From contig NC_086097.1 of NCBI RefSeq assembly GCF_963921235.1, positions 49,664,001-49,728,000 on the forward strand: a stretch of 64,000 nucleotides of DNA, written 5' to 3'. Origin of the DNA: Mobula hypostoma. Lineage: Eukaryota. Shown here in pieces: positions 22,800 to 36,257 of the stretch. Position 1 is the stretch's first letter. The number at the start of each line of letters is the position of its first letter. The position numbers were made by a program, and so were the translations under genes. The notes under the pieces were generated by a model that was not told the DNA's origin, made no database searches, and saw only the letters and a program-made list of their open reading frames with translations.

Positions 22800-25799
22800 T
22801 AATCTTCTTCTCCATGTGCCTTGCGCATTACACGCTTGGGCGATCATGCCTCTCCACATCAAACGATCCCTCACAGCATCAATGATATCTCACACAATTA
22901 GATCTGTTAGTTCTTTCACAATGTCCATATATTTTCTTCTTTGCCTTCCTCTTCCGCATTTCCCAGGCATACGGCCTTGTAATGTAAGGCATTCTATTTC
23001 TCCCTTTCTGATGACATGGCCCAGGAATTTAAGTTTCCTCTCATTTAATGTTCTCATTAAATATCTTTTTGTATGGACACGTCGGAGTGCTGTTTCATTA
23101 GTTACCCTACCTCTATATGATATTTTCAGCATTCTTCTAAGAAACCACATTCCTGTTGCTTCTAAGTTTCTTTGGAGTTCTGGTGTTATAGTCCATGTTT
23201 CAGAAGCATACAGCAAGATTGACCAGATGTAACATTTTAGTAGCCTAAGCCCTGTTGTCATAGAAATGCGTCTGTTGGTAAAAATGGGTTTCATTTTTTG
23301 GAAGTTGGTTTTGGCAATGACAATTCTTCTTTTTATTTCTACTTTACTTCTAGCATCTTGTGATATAAAGCTATCAAGGTAATTAAAGCTGGTCTTTTGT
23401 TCAATCTCTTGGTTACCAATGTACAATTGGCAGTTGGGAGTATCCTGGTGTTTTGTTATTACCATACATTTGTTATTTTACAGTTGATGGTTAGACCAAA
23501 ATCTGCACTTGACTGTACGACTTTGTCTAGGAGGATTTGTAGGTCTTCTGTAGCACTTGCTATTAGGGTGGTATCGTCTGCATATCTTATATTGTTGATG
23601 TTAACACCTCCAATTTTTATCCCATCTAGTTCTTCTATTTCTCTGAGAATCATTTCACTATAGATATTAAACAATTCCGGTGAGGCAACGCATCCCTGTC
23701 TAACTCCTCTTTGAATTTTAGTCCAACTGCTTATATTATCATCAATTTTACCACCGTCATTTGATTCCAATATAAATTTTAAAAGCAGTTGTTGGTCCCT
23801 TCCATCAATGTTTAGTTTAGCAAGAATTTGAAATAATTTTTTGAATGCTTTAGTGAAATTGATAAAACATAAAAAGACATCATTTTGATATTTAATTGCC
23901 CTTTCTGAAAGCATTCGTAGTATGAAAATTGCATTCCTAGAACCTCTATCCTCAATAAACCCATATTGCAGTTTAGAAGTTTCTGGTCTTACCTTGTTTT
24001 TAATTCGACTCAGAACAATTCTCAACAAAATCTTTATTATGTGACTCATAAAACTGATTGTTCTATAATTTTCGCAGTCAATAGTTCCAGGAATTTTTGG
24101 CAGAGTTACAAATACGTACTGATTTCAAGGGATCGTCAGGCAATACACCAGACTCATATATGCCATTAAACAGTTCAAAAAGGATATCTATGCCCAGATC
24201 TTCTAGGGCTTGTATCATTTCCACTGAAATTTCATCAGGTTCAGTGGCTTTACCATGTTTCATGCTTTTCTTTTTTTTAGTTGTAACGCTCAGTTATATT
24301 GGCTCGTATATGTCTAGGGGAAATCCCGCCCAGCACCTGCCTGAATGCTTCCCACTGAGTCGGTCGCTGCACCACTGCCACCCGAATCAATCCCAAACAT
24401 CAATCATTAGCCAGCACACACAGTACGTTTTACCAAGTACACTTTATAGATATTACTAAGTCTATGAAATTAATATAAATTCGATACAGAAAAGGAAGTA
24501 ATGGAAAAAAAAGGCGCCAGACTTATCAAAGTCTAAGTTCTTCATGCACAACCGTTGGAGCTCAATAAATTCCTGACGACCACCCGGATCCTGTCGACTC
24601 ACTGCTCAGGACCACCCAGAGTGATCGACCGGAGCCTTTTCACACATCCACCATCCTCCCCGTCTCTCCTCCGACTCCCCGCCAAAAACCCCCGTCCCCA
24701 GTCATATGAGACTATTATCATCCGAAAACAAAATGATACATGAAAACCCATTGGCTAATAGCACCCTGCTAACTGTATTAACCCAAGCAAGTGTCTAGCT
24801 AAAGACTTCCTCAGCATTTAACATAACAAAGAGCATTCCCAAGTAAAACATAACAAAGAAGCCATTTAAAATTTAACATACAAAAAATCACGTACATAGT
24901 TATTTCTTCTTTGGTAATAGGTGGGCCAGAAGTAGGGTGTTTAATATCTGGAGGTTCACCTCTATTATCTTCAAAAAGCTGCTCTATATACTGAATCCAC
25001 CTCTCACATACTTTATCTGGATCTGTTGGTATGGATCCCTCTGCTGATCCTGTAGAGGAGGTTTTCTTAATCCAGTAATTTCCTTAATTTTCTTGTGCAT
25101 TTCTTTACTGTTGTTAATATGACCTTCTACTTCATTGCATTTTTGAGTCAGCCATTCTTCTTTTGCAATATTACACAATTGTCTGGTCTGTCTGTCTAAC
25201 TCTCTGTATTGCACTTCATTATTCTTCACCAACCTTCTTTGTTTCATCAGATCTAGAATTTCTTGGGTTTCCACCCCTTGTTGGTGTGTTGGATTTCTTG
25301 TACTGGGATTATCTCCTCTGCTGATTGCTGTATAGCATATTGTATTTAAATCTTTCCCAAATATGTGCTGTTTCATTTTCATTGAGGTTTTCTTCCACAG
25401 CTGTTTTAAATCGTTGCTTAAGTATGCTATCATTTTTAAGTTCTCCCAACATATACTTCCTTCTCTTTTTTCCACGTTTCAGCTTCTTTAATTTTCTTTT
25501 AATGGTAGCTATTACTGGATGGTGATCTGAACCACAGTCTGCTCCTGGGTAGGCTTTAGAATTTGTGAGATTATTTCTAAAGCGTTCATTGATGGTAATG
25601 AAATCTATTTGATTCCTTGTTCTATCTCCAGGGCTAATCCAAGTACACAATCTACGTGGATGGTTTTTATACCAAGTATTGGTGATCACTTGGTTGTTTC
25701 TAACACACCAATCAGTAAACCTTTCTCCATTTTCATTTTTCTCCCCTAATCCAAAAGGTCCTATGATGTTATCAACCCTTTCCCGTCCAACTTTGGAGC
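22800..25799 (-). mobile_element. RTE-clade LINE (endonuclease and RT, frameshifted)
   Basis: IGPFGLGEKNENGERF, TWISPGDRTRNQIDFI, ADCGSDH, GVRQGCVASPELFNIYSE, IRYADDTTL, LLYASETW; (GAA)n-type 3' end. Confidence 0.93.
24282..24896. mobile_element. Solo LTR with 4-bp target duplication TAGT
   Basis: TAGT|TGTAACG...CGTACA|TAGT; 615 bp, non-coding, interrupts the RTE ORF. Confidence 0.85.
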
Positions 25800-26357
25800 T
25801 GAAAGAAAACAGAAGGGCTAAAAGAAGGTATACAGTTGCTCTAGCAGACAAGCAGACAGAGAATCATAAGGGCTTCTACAGATTACAGAGGAGGAATGTT
25901 TGCTATCTTGAGACAAATTAGGGTGTGGCAAGTTATTCCCTCAGACTCTGTGGGAGGCAAGTGCTGAAATTGCCAGGGCCCTAGCAGAGATACCTAAATC
26001 ACCCTTAGTGACAGGTGAGATACCAGAGGATTGGAGGATAACTAACATTGTTCCGCTGATTTAGAAAGTCTCTAAAAATAAACCAGCCTGACATCAGTAG
26101 TGCGGATGTTATTGGAAGGTAATCTAAGGATCTGGATATATGAGTATTTGGATAGACAGGGACTGATTATGGCTTTGTGCGTGGTAGGTCATGTGTAACT
26201 AATGTTATAGAGTTTTTCAAGGAAGCTACCAGGAAAGTGAATGAAAGTAAGACAGTGGATACGGTCTACATGGACTTTAGTAAGGCTGACCCACATGGGA
26301 GGCTGGTCAAGGAGGTTCAAACCCTTGGCATTCAGGACGAGGTAGTAAATTAGATTT

Positions 26358-27335
26358 GCCCCATACATCTCCTTTGAACTATCTCTCTTTCCCATCTTAA
26401 ATGTATGTTTTCTGGTATTAGACATTTCAACCCTGGGAAAAAGACAACAACTGTCTACACAATGCTTCGTACAATCTTATAAATTATATTAGGTCTCACC
26501 TCAGCCTCCACTCCTCCAAAATTTGTCCAACCTCTCCTTATAACACATGCCCTCTAATACAGGCAGCATCCTCATAAAACTCTTTGGCACCCTCTCCAAA
26601 GCTATGAACTTGGACCCCATGATTCTTCTGTACATTAGAGCTGTTATGGGTCCTTCAATTAACTGTGTACATATCATCTCCCAGAGCACAACACCTCATA
26701 CCATCCATATCTGCATCTGATCTATATCCTGATGTAACCTTTGGCAACCTTCTATACTATCTACAATGGCACCAATCTTTGTATCATCTCTAAACTTACG
26801 AACCCGCCTATCCACATTTTTATGCAAGTTATATATATAGATGACTTAGATGTATAGACATCGCATACAGAAGAGGTCCCAGTACAGGTCCCAAGGAATA
26901 TCAACCAGAATAAAACTCATCAACCACTACTCTCTATCTTCTATGGGAAAACAAATTATGTATTCAAATGGCCAAGTTACTATGAACCCCATGCGTCTTA
27001 ATTTTCTAGATGGGCCTACCTTATTGAATGCCTTTCTAAAATCCGCGTAGACAACATCCACAGCTCTAACTTCTTCTGATCACTTTTGTCACCAAGTTGA
27101 AATACTTAATCGTTAGAAGAACATTGCCCCAACAAAGCCATGCTCAATATCTGAAATTAGGCCATTCTTTTCCAAACGTTCATAAAAACTCCTCTCCATC
27201 TGTTTCCCTACAACCGACGTGAGCCTCACTGGTCTATGATTTTCAGGGTTATCCTTATCTCCCTTCTCGAACAAAAGAACGCCTTTAGTTACTGCCCGGT
27301 CCTCAGGGACCTCACTCTGGCAAATGGTGTCTGAA
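26358..27335 (-). mobile_element. Decayed CR1 RT and 3' fragments
   Basis: KGDKDNPENHRPVRLTSVVGK; ALERVPKSFMRMLPVLEGMCYKERLDK. Confidence 0.75.
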
Positions 27336-27854
27336 TGCTTGTGAGTGTGATGGGGTGCAAAAACTTTTACTATTTTGACAGACAACAAAGCTAGCCAGTG
27401 CGTTGCCATTGATCAAAGTTTTCCTATTAACAGTTTTGAGGTGTGGGTGTTGTTTTGATCAGCACACATGACCTGATTACATTACAAAAGCCCTACTACC
27501 TCACAGTGCCTTGCCAATCAAGGTATATCAGGATAATTAAGTATTCAATGTGGGTTGTAGGATCAATTCAGTTAAGTTTGGCTATTAAAATGCCCAGGAG
27601 GATAGTTTGTGGCAGTTGCAAAGTATAACTTGTCTAAATGTTCACATTTTCTGTCAGTGGGTTTTCTTTCACAATTTCCTGTGTGACACTTAAACAATTG
27701 CTACTATAGTAAAGCTGCAAGTATTATATTCTACATACACTGATGAAATAGACCACAGAGGGGAAAAAAGAATTTAAAATCTAACAGTGACCAATGTTTA
27801 AAACAGCAATATATAGGTAACTGTGTGTAATTCTATGCTCTTTATTCAGATTTC

Positions 27855-29730
27855 ACCATCATCATCCTTATGTGCCAGGTTATATGATGCGGACTATCAT
27901 GGTCTTCCACCTGTCTTTCTGAGAAGTTCTAATAAGCTCTGCAAAACTTTTGCCTGTCCATCCCTTGATGTAACTCATGAATGTCAGGCACTGTCGATTA
28001 CAATATTTTCTTCCATCAGTTTTTCCCATCACTGCGAGATGCTTGAGCTTCTCCTTCCTCTGTACACGTTCCAGAAATTCCAGCTGCCATTTCCTTATTG
28101 ATGATAACAGCTCTCTTCTTATTCTGGCATTTTGCAACAATTCCTCATTTGTTACTTTGTCCTTCCATGATATTTTCATCAGTCTACTCAAAAACCACAT
28201 TTCTGTAGCTTCAAGTCTTCCCTCGTTTTGCTTTGATATTTTCCAACATTTGCTTCCATATGTTAGTGTGGAATTAATGTAGCACCACATCTCTCTGAGT
28301 TTTCACAGAACACCCATAGAAATTATATTATTCTTTGGTATCTTGCTCAGACACTCAGACGTGCATTTAGAAATCCATTTCCTACTTCTAATTTCAACAT
28401 CAGCCCTACCATCAGATGTCATCGTGCTCCCTAAGCAATTGAACTTCCATGTTTGTTTAATTGTTTTGTTGACTACTCTCAGTCCACATTTCTGTATTTC
28501 TTTCAACTTTGTGACAACCATACATTCATTTTTCTTACAGTTGATGGTCAATCCTCACTTTGCACTACCTTCGACAGCTCTCTAATATTTCTTGGAGCTG
28601 AGAAATAGGTGTCAGCGCTGTGTCATTTGTATAATGCTGGTTGTTCAAATTGTATCCACCAATTATCATGCCTGCAATACTGCTAATTCTCTTAGAATCT
28701 TCTTGCTACGAAGATTGAGTAGGTCAGGAGAGACAACACAACCCTGTCTGACTTCCCTCTTAATCTGGACAAAATCACTTGTCTCATTTCAGATCTCATT
28801 CCCGCTCTTTGTTCCCAATACAAAATTCTGATGATTCTGAAATATTTCCCATCAATGTCCAAGTGCTGAAAGATTTTTATAAGCTTTCTATGTCTCATCT
28901 TATTAAAAATTTTACTATAGTTGATGAAACATAGGTAGAGGCCTTTCTGGACTTCTGGAACGTGCTCGCACATCATTCTCAGGATGAAGACTGCATCTCA
29001 CATTCCACGATCTTCAATGAAGCCACAGTGCACTTGTGCAATCTCCGGTTTCATGCTCTTTCTTGTTCTCATCATGATGATTCATAGCAGGACTTTCACA
29101 ACTCATCAAACTACTTGTGAGGTGTAACTCTAGGTTTTTTTTCTGCAGTGCAGTAAATATTGGCTTGCTCATTTCCTCTGATATTTCGCCACTATCATAT
29201 ATTTCATTCAGCAAGTCTGTCACCCTTTCAATCCCAAAATCTTCCAGTGCTTGAATCATTTTGATAGCAATGCCATCTGGTCCTAATGCCTTATTCTTTT
29301 TCATTTTCTCCACTGCTGCTTTAATTTCCAATTTCAAAATCGGTGGGCCATCCATGTTCTTAGTTAATATTGGATTCTCTCCTCTCATATCTTCAAACAA
29401 ATCAGCAATGTATTCAGACCATCTAGCCAGTATATCTGCCTTTTCCATGAGTATTAACCCATCTTCTGCCTTTAAACATCCACTAAATGTCAATAATTAG
29501 CACCCATGGGTGTCCTCACCTTCTTGTGCAGAAGTTTTCAGTTTTTCTACCTCATCACATTCTCCATTTATCCATTGTTCTTTCACTTCCTTACATCTTT
29601 GCTTGATTTCTTTGTTCAAAGTTTTATATTTGTCAATGTTCTTTAACACGATTTTCTGTCTTTCTTTCATTAGATCCAGAATTTCATCTGTCAACCATTT
29701 TTTCTTCTTCTCTATTTCAGTATCTCCTCA
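27855..29730 (-). mobile_element. Second RTE-clade LINE (different, older family)
   Basis: ILARWSEYIADLF, KALGPDGIAIKMIQAL, LYLCFINYSKIF, RLEATEMWFLSRLMKISWKDKVTNEE; (GAT)n tail. Confidence 0.88.
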
Positions 29731-29734
29731 GTTT

Positions 29735-30305
29735 TCCTCTCTTAGGCCTCCGTTGGTCAGTGTCAACCATGGATGTTGTGTGCTAGCTGGCTAGGCATGC
29801 AAGCCTGGGCAGTACAATATGGAGAGCAAGTTGTTGCCCATGTAGCAAGCTCCCCCTCTCCATGCACCTGATGAGGAACAGCAGAGAATGATACAGTTTG
29901 GCACCAGCAGCATCGCCGTAATTGCCAGTCAACATTGAAGTTAACTGAGACTCCAGTTCCAGATTTTTCCCCCAGAGTTTACTCCCAAAGCCTTCCCCGT
30001 GAGTGGGTAGAGACACAAAGAAGTGGAGGTTTGAGATCAGAGTTTTCCTTCTCCCAGATGAGCTGCCAACTGCGGCTGATGAGCAACTGACCAAAGTGAC
30101 TGGTTTTAGGGTACCAGTAACACATCTTTGCCCCTTCTCTTGTCAGTAGAAATGGTTCTGCTAGGCTTAGTAGCTAAGCCACATATGAAGGCCAGGAGCT
30201 GGATTTGGTTGTCAGAGGCTATTTGAGCCGCACGCCATTGGGGGCATTTACCAGGTAGTGGTAGGTTATCCTCACTACCACCCACAGCTAAAAGAACCTT
30301 AAGGA
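29735..30305 (-). mobile_element. Non-coding RTE-related (UTR-derived) repeat
   Basis: Contains GGCAGCTCATCTGGGAGAAGGAAAACTCTGA on minus, resembling RTE 5'-UTR motifs; several short hairpins; no credible ORF. Confidence 0.45.
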
Positions 30306-31959
30306 ATTTCAGTTTTAGCTATTACATACAGTAATCTAGTCACTTTTCTTTAACAACTTTTCCCCATTCATTTCAAACTGTTTAATTACAAATGATGCTA
30401 CAAGACAAAAACTGTTCATTAAAGATAGTTCAAGCAATAACACCATCACAGTTACCATGCATCCAGGCTCTTTTCTATCTAGTAGTAGTAAGAGAAGCTA
30501 AACAATAGCTACCAGCCACAAATTAATATAATTTTTCCTGCAGTTAACCAAAAGTTGCAGTTTATCAATGCAATTCTCTTTTGACCCCTCTAAACTGTAA
30601 AAATTAACTGGTGCTGTAGAGTATCAGAATTTGTGATTGTTGCAAAAGCTATCAACTGTTTTTCAATGACAGATCAAGAGGCAATATCAGGGACGAGTTA
30701 AAATAGACCCTCTTAAATGTTGCAGTCATATCAATACAATCAAGGATGGACTATGACTGGTTACATTGCAATAACCAACCCTCAAATCGTCTTATTATTC
30801 CTTGTGTGCGATTGAAACAATCAAGCATAAAATAATCTGCATGTACATACAGAATCGTCCATGGTAATATTACTAGATTGCTACCTCCATCTTAAGTCAA
30901 GTTTAGACAATAGGGGAAATAAAAAACAAATACTGTAAGAACAGATGACAAGTGAAACACTGGAGTCATAGTAGGCCTGGTTATCTTATGCTGTTAATTT
31001 TCTGTGACATAAAAATAAGAAGTTTTAAAAATAATTTTAACAGAGGCTTCGGACTAATTTGAATATCACTATCATGTAGGAAGATTAAATTGATGATATT
31101 TTCCTTTCAGCAATTCAAAATGAGGCATCTGTTTCTGAATAATATGCTTTATTTCTATACTACTGTCCTTTTTTTTTGTCCATCCATGTTTCATCTCTTG
31201 ATGTGAATTTCACATGGCAGGTTCTTCGCTGGTAGGCTGGAATCATCAATTCATCCAGTTATTGAGATCATTTCTTATTTGTGTTAAGCTTGTTACACGT
31301 TCTATCACACAATGACAAGGTGTGAAAGAAATAACAGTAGTGTTATCCTTTATACAACTTCAGGCAGTAACAGGAATTAAGGGAAAAGAAAATCAAAACT
31401 GTAAATAAGAGGAACAATTGCAAAGTTGTTGGGAAGGAAAACATGCTTAACATTTCAGTACTAAAGCACTACCTTCAGCCTGAACCTTAACACTGTTTCT
31501 CTTTCTGCAGATGCTGCCTGATCTGCTGAAATTTTCCAGCATTACCGATTTACTGCATAGCCCATATTTCCCAAAGGTGATGCTCTCTGTATTTTGAAAG
31601 TCAAATCGATTGATTGTTCATCTTTAGGGAGATTTTGACTCCTCCTCAAGTCTGGGTAGCTAAAAGAGGCCCTGACACACCCAGAAGAGGGAGCAACAAG
31701 AATTAGCAAATATAAGAAGCAGTGGATGAATAGATACAGTACACCACATGCAAGTTTGTGTTGTGGTGTTGTGTCTGCAGTGGATGTGAGCCTGCACCTG
31801 TGGTCAAGATGAATCAGCTGTGTTACACGCCTGAGTATATTCGTGTCTGTGACATGCTGGACATGTGACTGTAAAGTAGAAACAGCAAGTGAATATTTCC
31901 AGTTGTCCTGGCCATCTCAAGTACTTGTAGAAAAGTACTTTCTCTTCAAGTTATATTGA

Positions 31960-32333
31960 TAGTGGTCTCTTCAATTAAACATGTTAAAGTGCTAAGTGGG
32001 ATCATCAGTTGATCTGCCACCTGTCTTCAGGAATTTCGGCCCACTTATGATCAAGACTCCCTCAAGGTGGTGGGCCAGCAGTGCTAATGCACCACCTCCC
32101 ACTGATGAGCTTAAAAACTTGGCATCTGCCTCTATCAGAGTTGTTGGTCACTTCCATCAATCAGATAGTCTGCTCTTCAGGTGTCTATGCAACTACTGAA
32201 GGGTTTGCAAGATATGTATGTCTGACTATCTGCCCCTCTGGACATACTTGGTTCACACCCATGCTGATCCTTTCTCTGCTGCCTCTGCTACAGCCCCGCT
32301 GGTTGACTTGATCTCCCTTCTAGTGAAGCCAAG
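31960..32333 (-). mobile_element. Second Hero/R2-group 3' fragment
   Basis: Minus frame LGFTRREIKSTSGAVAEAAEKGSAWV*TKYVQRGR* parallels LGITGAAKKRAIRTVTEAAEHASRWLW at ~9400. Left boundary approximate. Confidence 0.55.
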
Positions 32334-32334
32334 G

Positions 32335-35300
32335 TTTCCCCTCATTCTTCTAAACTCCAAGGAATACAGTCCAAGAGTGGACAAACGTTCCCGGAATCAT
32401 TCTAGTGAATCTTCTCTGTACCCTCTCCAACGTCAGCACATCCTTTCTTAAATAAGGAGACCAAAACTGCCCACAGTACTCCAAGTGAGGTCTCACCAGC
32501 GCCTTATAGAGCCTCAACGTTACATCCCTGCTCCTATACTCTATTCCTCTAGAAATGAATGCCAACATTGCATTCGCCTTCTTCACTACTGACTCAACCT
32601 GGAGGTTAACCTTAAGGGTATCCTGTATGAGGACTCAATCTCTCAAGTCCCATTGCATCTCAGAACTTTGAATTCTTTCTCCATTTAAATAATAGTCTGC
32701 CCATTTATTTCTTCTGCCAAAGTGCATAACCACACACTTTCCAACATTGTATTTCATTTGCCACTTCCTTGCCTATTCTTCCAATCTATCCAAGTCTCTC
32801 TGCAGACTCTCTGTTTCCTCAGCACTACCGGCTCCTCCACCTATCTTCGTATCGTCAGCAAACTTAGCCACAAAGCCATCTATTCCACACTCCAAATCAT
32901 TGATGTACAATATAAAAAGAAGCGGCCCCAACACGGACCCCTGTGGAACACCACTGGTAACCGGCAGCCAACCAGAATAGGATCCCTTTATTCCCACTCT
33001 CTGTTTCCTGCCAATCAGCCAAAGCTCTATCCACGTATGTAACTTTCCCGTAATTCCATGGGCTCTTATCTTGTTAAGTAGCCTCATGTGTGGCACCTTG
33101 TCAAAGGCCTTCTGAAAATCCAAATATACAACAATGACTGCATCTCCCTTGTCTAGCCTACTTGTAATTTCCTCAAAAAATTGTAATAGGTTTGTCAGGC
33201 AGAATTTTCCCTTAAGGAATCCATGCTGAGTTCTGCCTATCTTGTCATATGCCTCCAGGTACTCTGTAACCTCATCCTTGACAATCGACTCCAACAACTT
33301 CCCAACCACCGATATCAAGGTAACAGGTCTATAATTTCATTTTTGCTTCCTTGCTCCCTTCTTAAATAGCGGAGTGACATTTGCAATCTTCCAGTCCTCT
33401 GGAACAATGCCAGAATCTATCGACTTTCGAAAGATCATCGCTAATGCCTCCACAATCTCCACAGCTACTTCCTTCAGAACACGAGGGTGCATTCCATCTG
33501 GTCCAGGAGATTTATCTACCTTTAGACTATTCAGTTTCCTGAGTACTTCCTCTGTTGTAATTGTGACTGTGCACACTTCTCTTCCCAGCCATCCTTGAGT
33601 GTCTGGTATACTGCTGATGTCTTCCTCAGTGAAGACTGATGCAAGATACTCGTTCAGTTCCTCCGCCATCTCCTTATCTCCCATTACAATTTCTCCAGCA
33701 TCATTTTCTATCGGTCCTATATCTACTCTCACCTGTCTTTTACTCCTTATATACTTGAAAAAACTTTTAGTATCCTCTTTGATATTATTTGCTAGCTTCC
33801 TTTCATAGTTAATCTTTTCCCTGCTAATGACCTTCTTAGTTTCCTTTTGTAAGGTTTTAAAAACTTCCCAATCCTCTGTCTTCCCACTAACTTTTGCTTC
33901 CTTGTATGCTCTCTCCTTTGCTTTAACTTTGGCTTTGACTTCTCTTGTCAACCACTGTTGCATCCGTTTTCCATTTGAAAATTTCTTCTTTTTTGGAATA
34001 TACCTGTCTTGCACCTTCCTCACTTCTTGCATAAACTCCAGCCACTGCTGCTCTGCCGTCTTTCCCGCCAGTGTCCCTTTCCAGTCAACTTTGGCCAGTT
34101 CCTCTCTCATGCCACTGTAATTTCCTTTACTCCACTGAAATACCGACACATCAGATTTCAGCTTCTCTTTTTCTAATTTCACAGTGAACTCAATCATGTT
34201 ATGATCACTGCCTCCTAAGGTTTCCTTCACCTCAGTCTCTCTAATCACCTCCGGTTCATTACACAATACCCAATCCAGTACAGCCAATCCCCTAATGGGC
34301 TCAACAACAAGCTGTTCTGAAAAGCCATCTCACAGACATTCTACAAATTCTCTCTCTTGAGATCCAGTGCCGACCTGATTTTCCCAATCCACTCGCATGT
34401 TAAAATCCCCCACAATTATTGTAACACTGCCCTTCTGACAAGCCTTTTCTATTTCCTGTTGTAATTTGTAGTCCACATCACTGCAGCTGTTTGGAGGCCT
34501 ATAAATAACTGCCGTCAGGGTCCTTTTACCCCTGCGATTTCTTAGCTCAACGCATAAAGATTCTGTACCTTCCGATCCTATATCACCTCTTTCTAATGAT
34601 TTAATATCATTTCTTACCAATAAAGCCATGCCTCCCCCTCTGCCTACCTTCCTATCCTTCCGATACACCGTGTATCCTTGGACGTTCAGCTCCCAGAGAC
34701 ATGCATCCTTTAGCCACGTCTCAGTGATGGCCACAAGATCATCCACCTTATTCCTTATGCTGCATGCTTTTAGGTATAACAGTTTAAGACCAGTATTTGG
34801 TACTTTTCGCTTTGATTTCACTGCAACTTTATTGCACTGCAACTCATCTCAATGGCTACAAATTTGCCCCATCCCTGCCTGTCCTTTCTGACATCTTTCC
34901 TGCTCACTATCTTAGATTTATTTCTGTTTTCCCCTTCCTCTGCTCTATCATTCCGGTTCCCATCCCGCTGCCAAATTAATTTAAACCCTCCCTAACAGCT
35001 CGATTAAACTTTCCCACCAGGATATTGGTCCCCTTCAGGTTCAGGTGTAACCTGTCCATTCTGAACAGGTCATACGTCCCCCAGAAGAGATCCCAATTAT
35101 CCAAGAATCTGAAGCCCTGCCCCCTACACCAGTCTCTCAGCCACGCATTCACCTGCCTGATCCTACTATTCTTGCCCTCGCTAGCACGTGGCACAGGTAA
35201 CGATCCTGAGATTACTACCCTGGAGGTTCTGCTTCTCAGCTTCCTTCCTAACTCCTAGAAATCTCTCTTCAGGACCTCCTCCTTTGTCCTATCTGTGTCA

Positions 35301-36195
35301 TTGGTACCAAGACAATGTACCAAGACAACTGGCTGCTCGCCCTCTCCCTTCAGAGTATTCTGGACCCGATCCGAGACATCCCGTACCCTGGCACCTGGGA
35401 GGTAACACACCATGCAGGTATCTGTATCAGGCTCACAGAATCTCCTGTCCGTTCCCCTGACTATGGAATCCCCTATGACTACCGCATTCCTCTTCTCCCT
35501 CCTTCCCTCCTGCACAACAGCGCCAGGCTCAGTGCCAGAGACCCGGTCACCATGGGCGTCCCCTGTCGGGTCATCCCCCTCAACAGCATCCAGAATAAGA
35601 TATTTGTTGCTGAGGGGAACAGCCACAGGTGTGCTCTCCACTATCCGGGCATTTCCCTTCCCTCTCTTGACAGTGACCCAGTCTTCTGATCCCCTATAGC
35701 CTAGGGATGACTTCCTCCCTGTAGCTCCTGTCTATCACCTCTTCACTTTCCCTGATAAGCAGTAGGTCATCAAGCTGCAGCTCCAGATCCCTAACACGGT
35801 CTCTGAGGAGCTGCATCTCAGTGCACCTGGTGCAGATGTGGCCATTAGAGAGGCTGGAGGTCTCCCAGGATTCCCACATCTGACACCCTGAACAAAGCAC
35901 TAACCCTGCAGGCATGCTATCTAATTCTACAGGAATGAAACAGGAAAAATAAGTCTACTCACCCACTTACCTCGCCAAACAGACAAACTTTTAAAACCAT
36001 TAGCTTGTACCGTTAGCTGTGAGAGCCCTGCTGTTCCTATCTGTCCGGGCCGATTTGCGAAGGGGGGAGGGGGAAAAAGAAGAGTTGGTGCCTCGCTCTC
36101 GCCTCTTCCCGTTTACCGCCGAAGCCCGTTGAAGCCAAAGCCTTACACTCTGCTACCACTCACTTCGCTGCCTGCTATATAGGGTAGTCTCCTTT
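32335..36195 (-). mobile_element. Near full-length CR1 LINE (ORF1 zinc finger and esterase, ORF2 endonuclease and RT; disrupted, 3' end missing)
   Basis: ORF1 CSGCQMWE..CTRC, VVIGDSIVRG, LPGARVRD, GTND; ORF2 [50 protein letters not shown]. Confidence 0.96.
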
Positions 36196-36257
36196 GAGTT
36201 TACTGAGCTTGGCAGAACTTTGCTGAGAGGTTGACCAGGCGTTCATGGTGTCAGGAA

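Larger units (their letters stand above)
21845..26357 (+). mobile_element. CR1 LINE ORF2, decayed (21845-22799 and 25800-26357), split by an RTE insertion
   Basis: YFRCDRAGGIRGGGVVLL and VIVGDFNFP (endonuclease). KCKRTH at ~22790 resumes as KENRRAKRR at ~25802. Confidence 0.85.
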
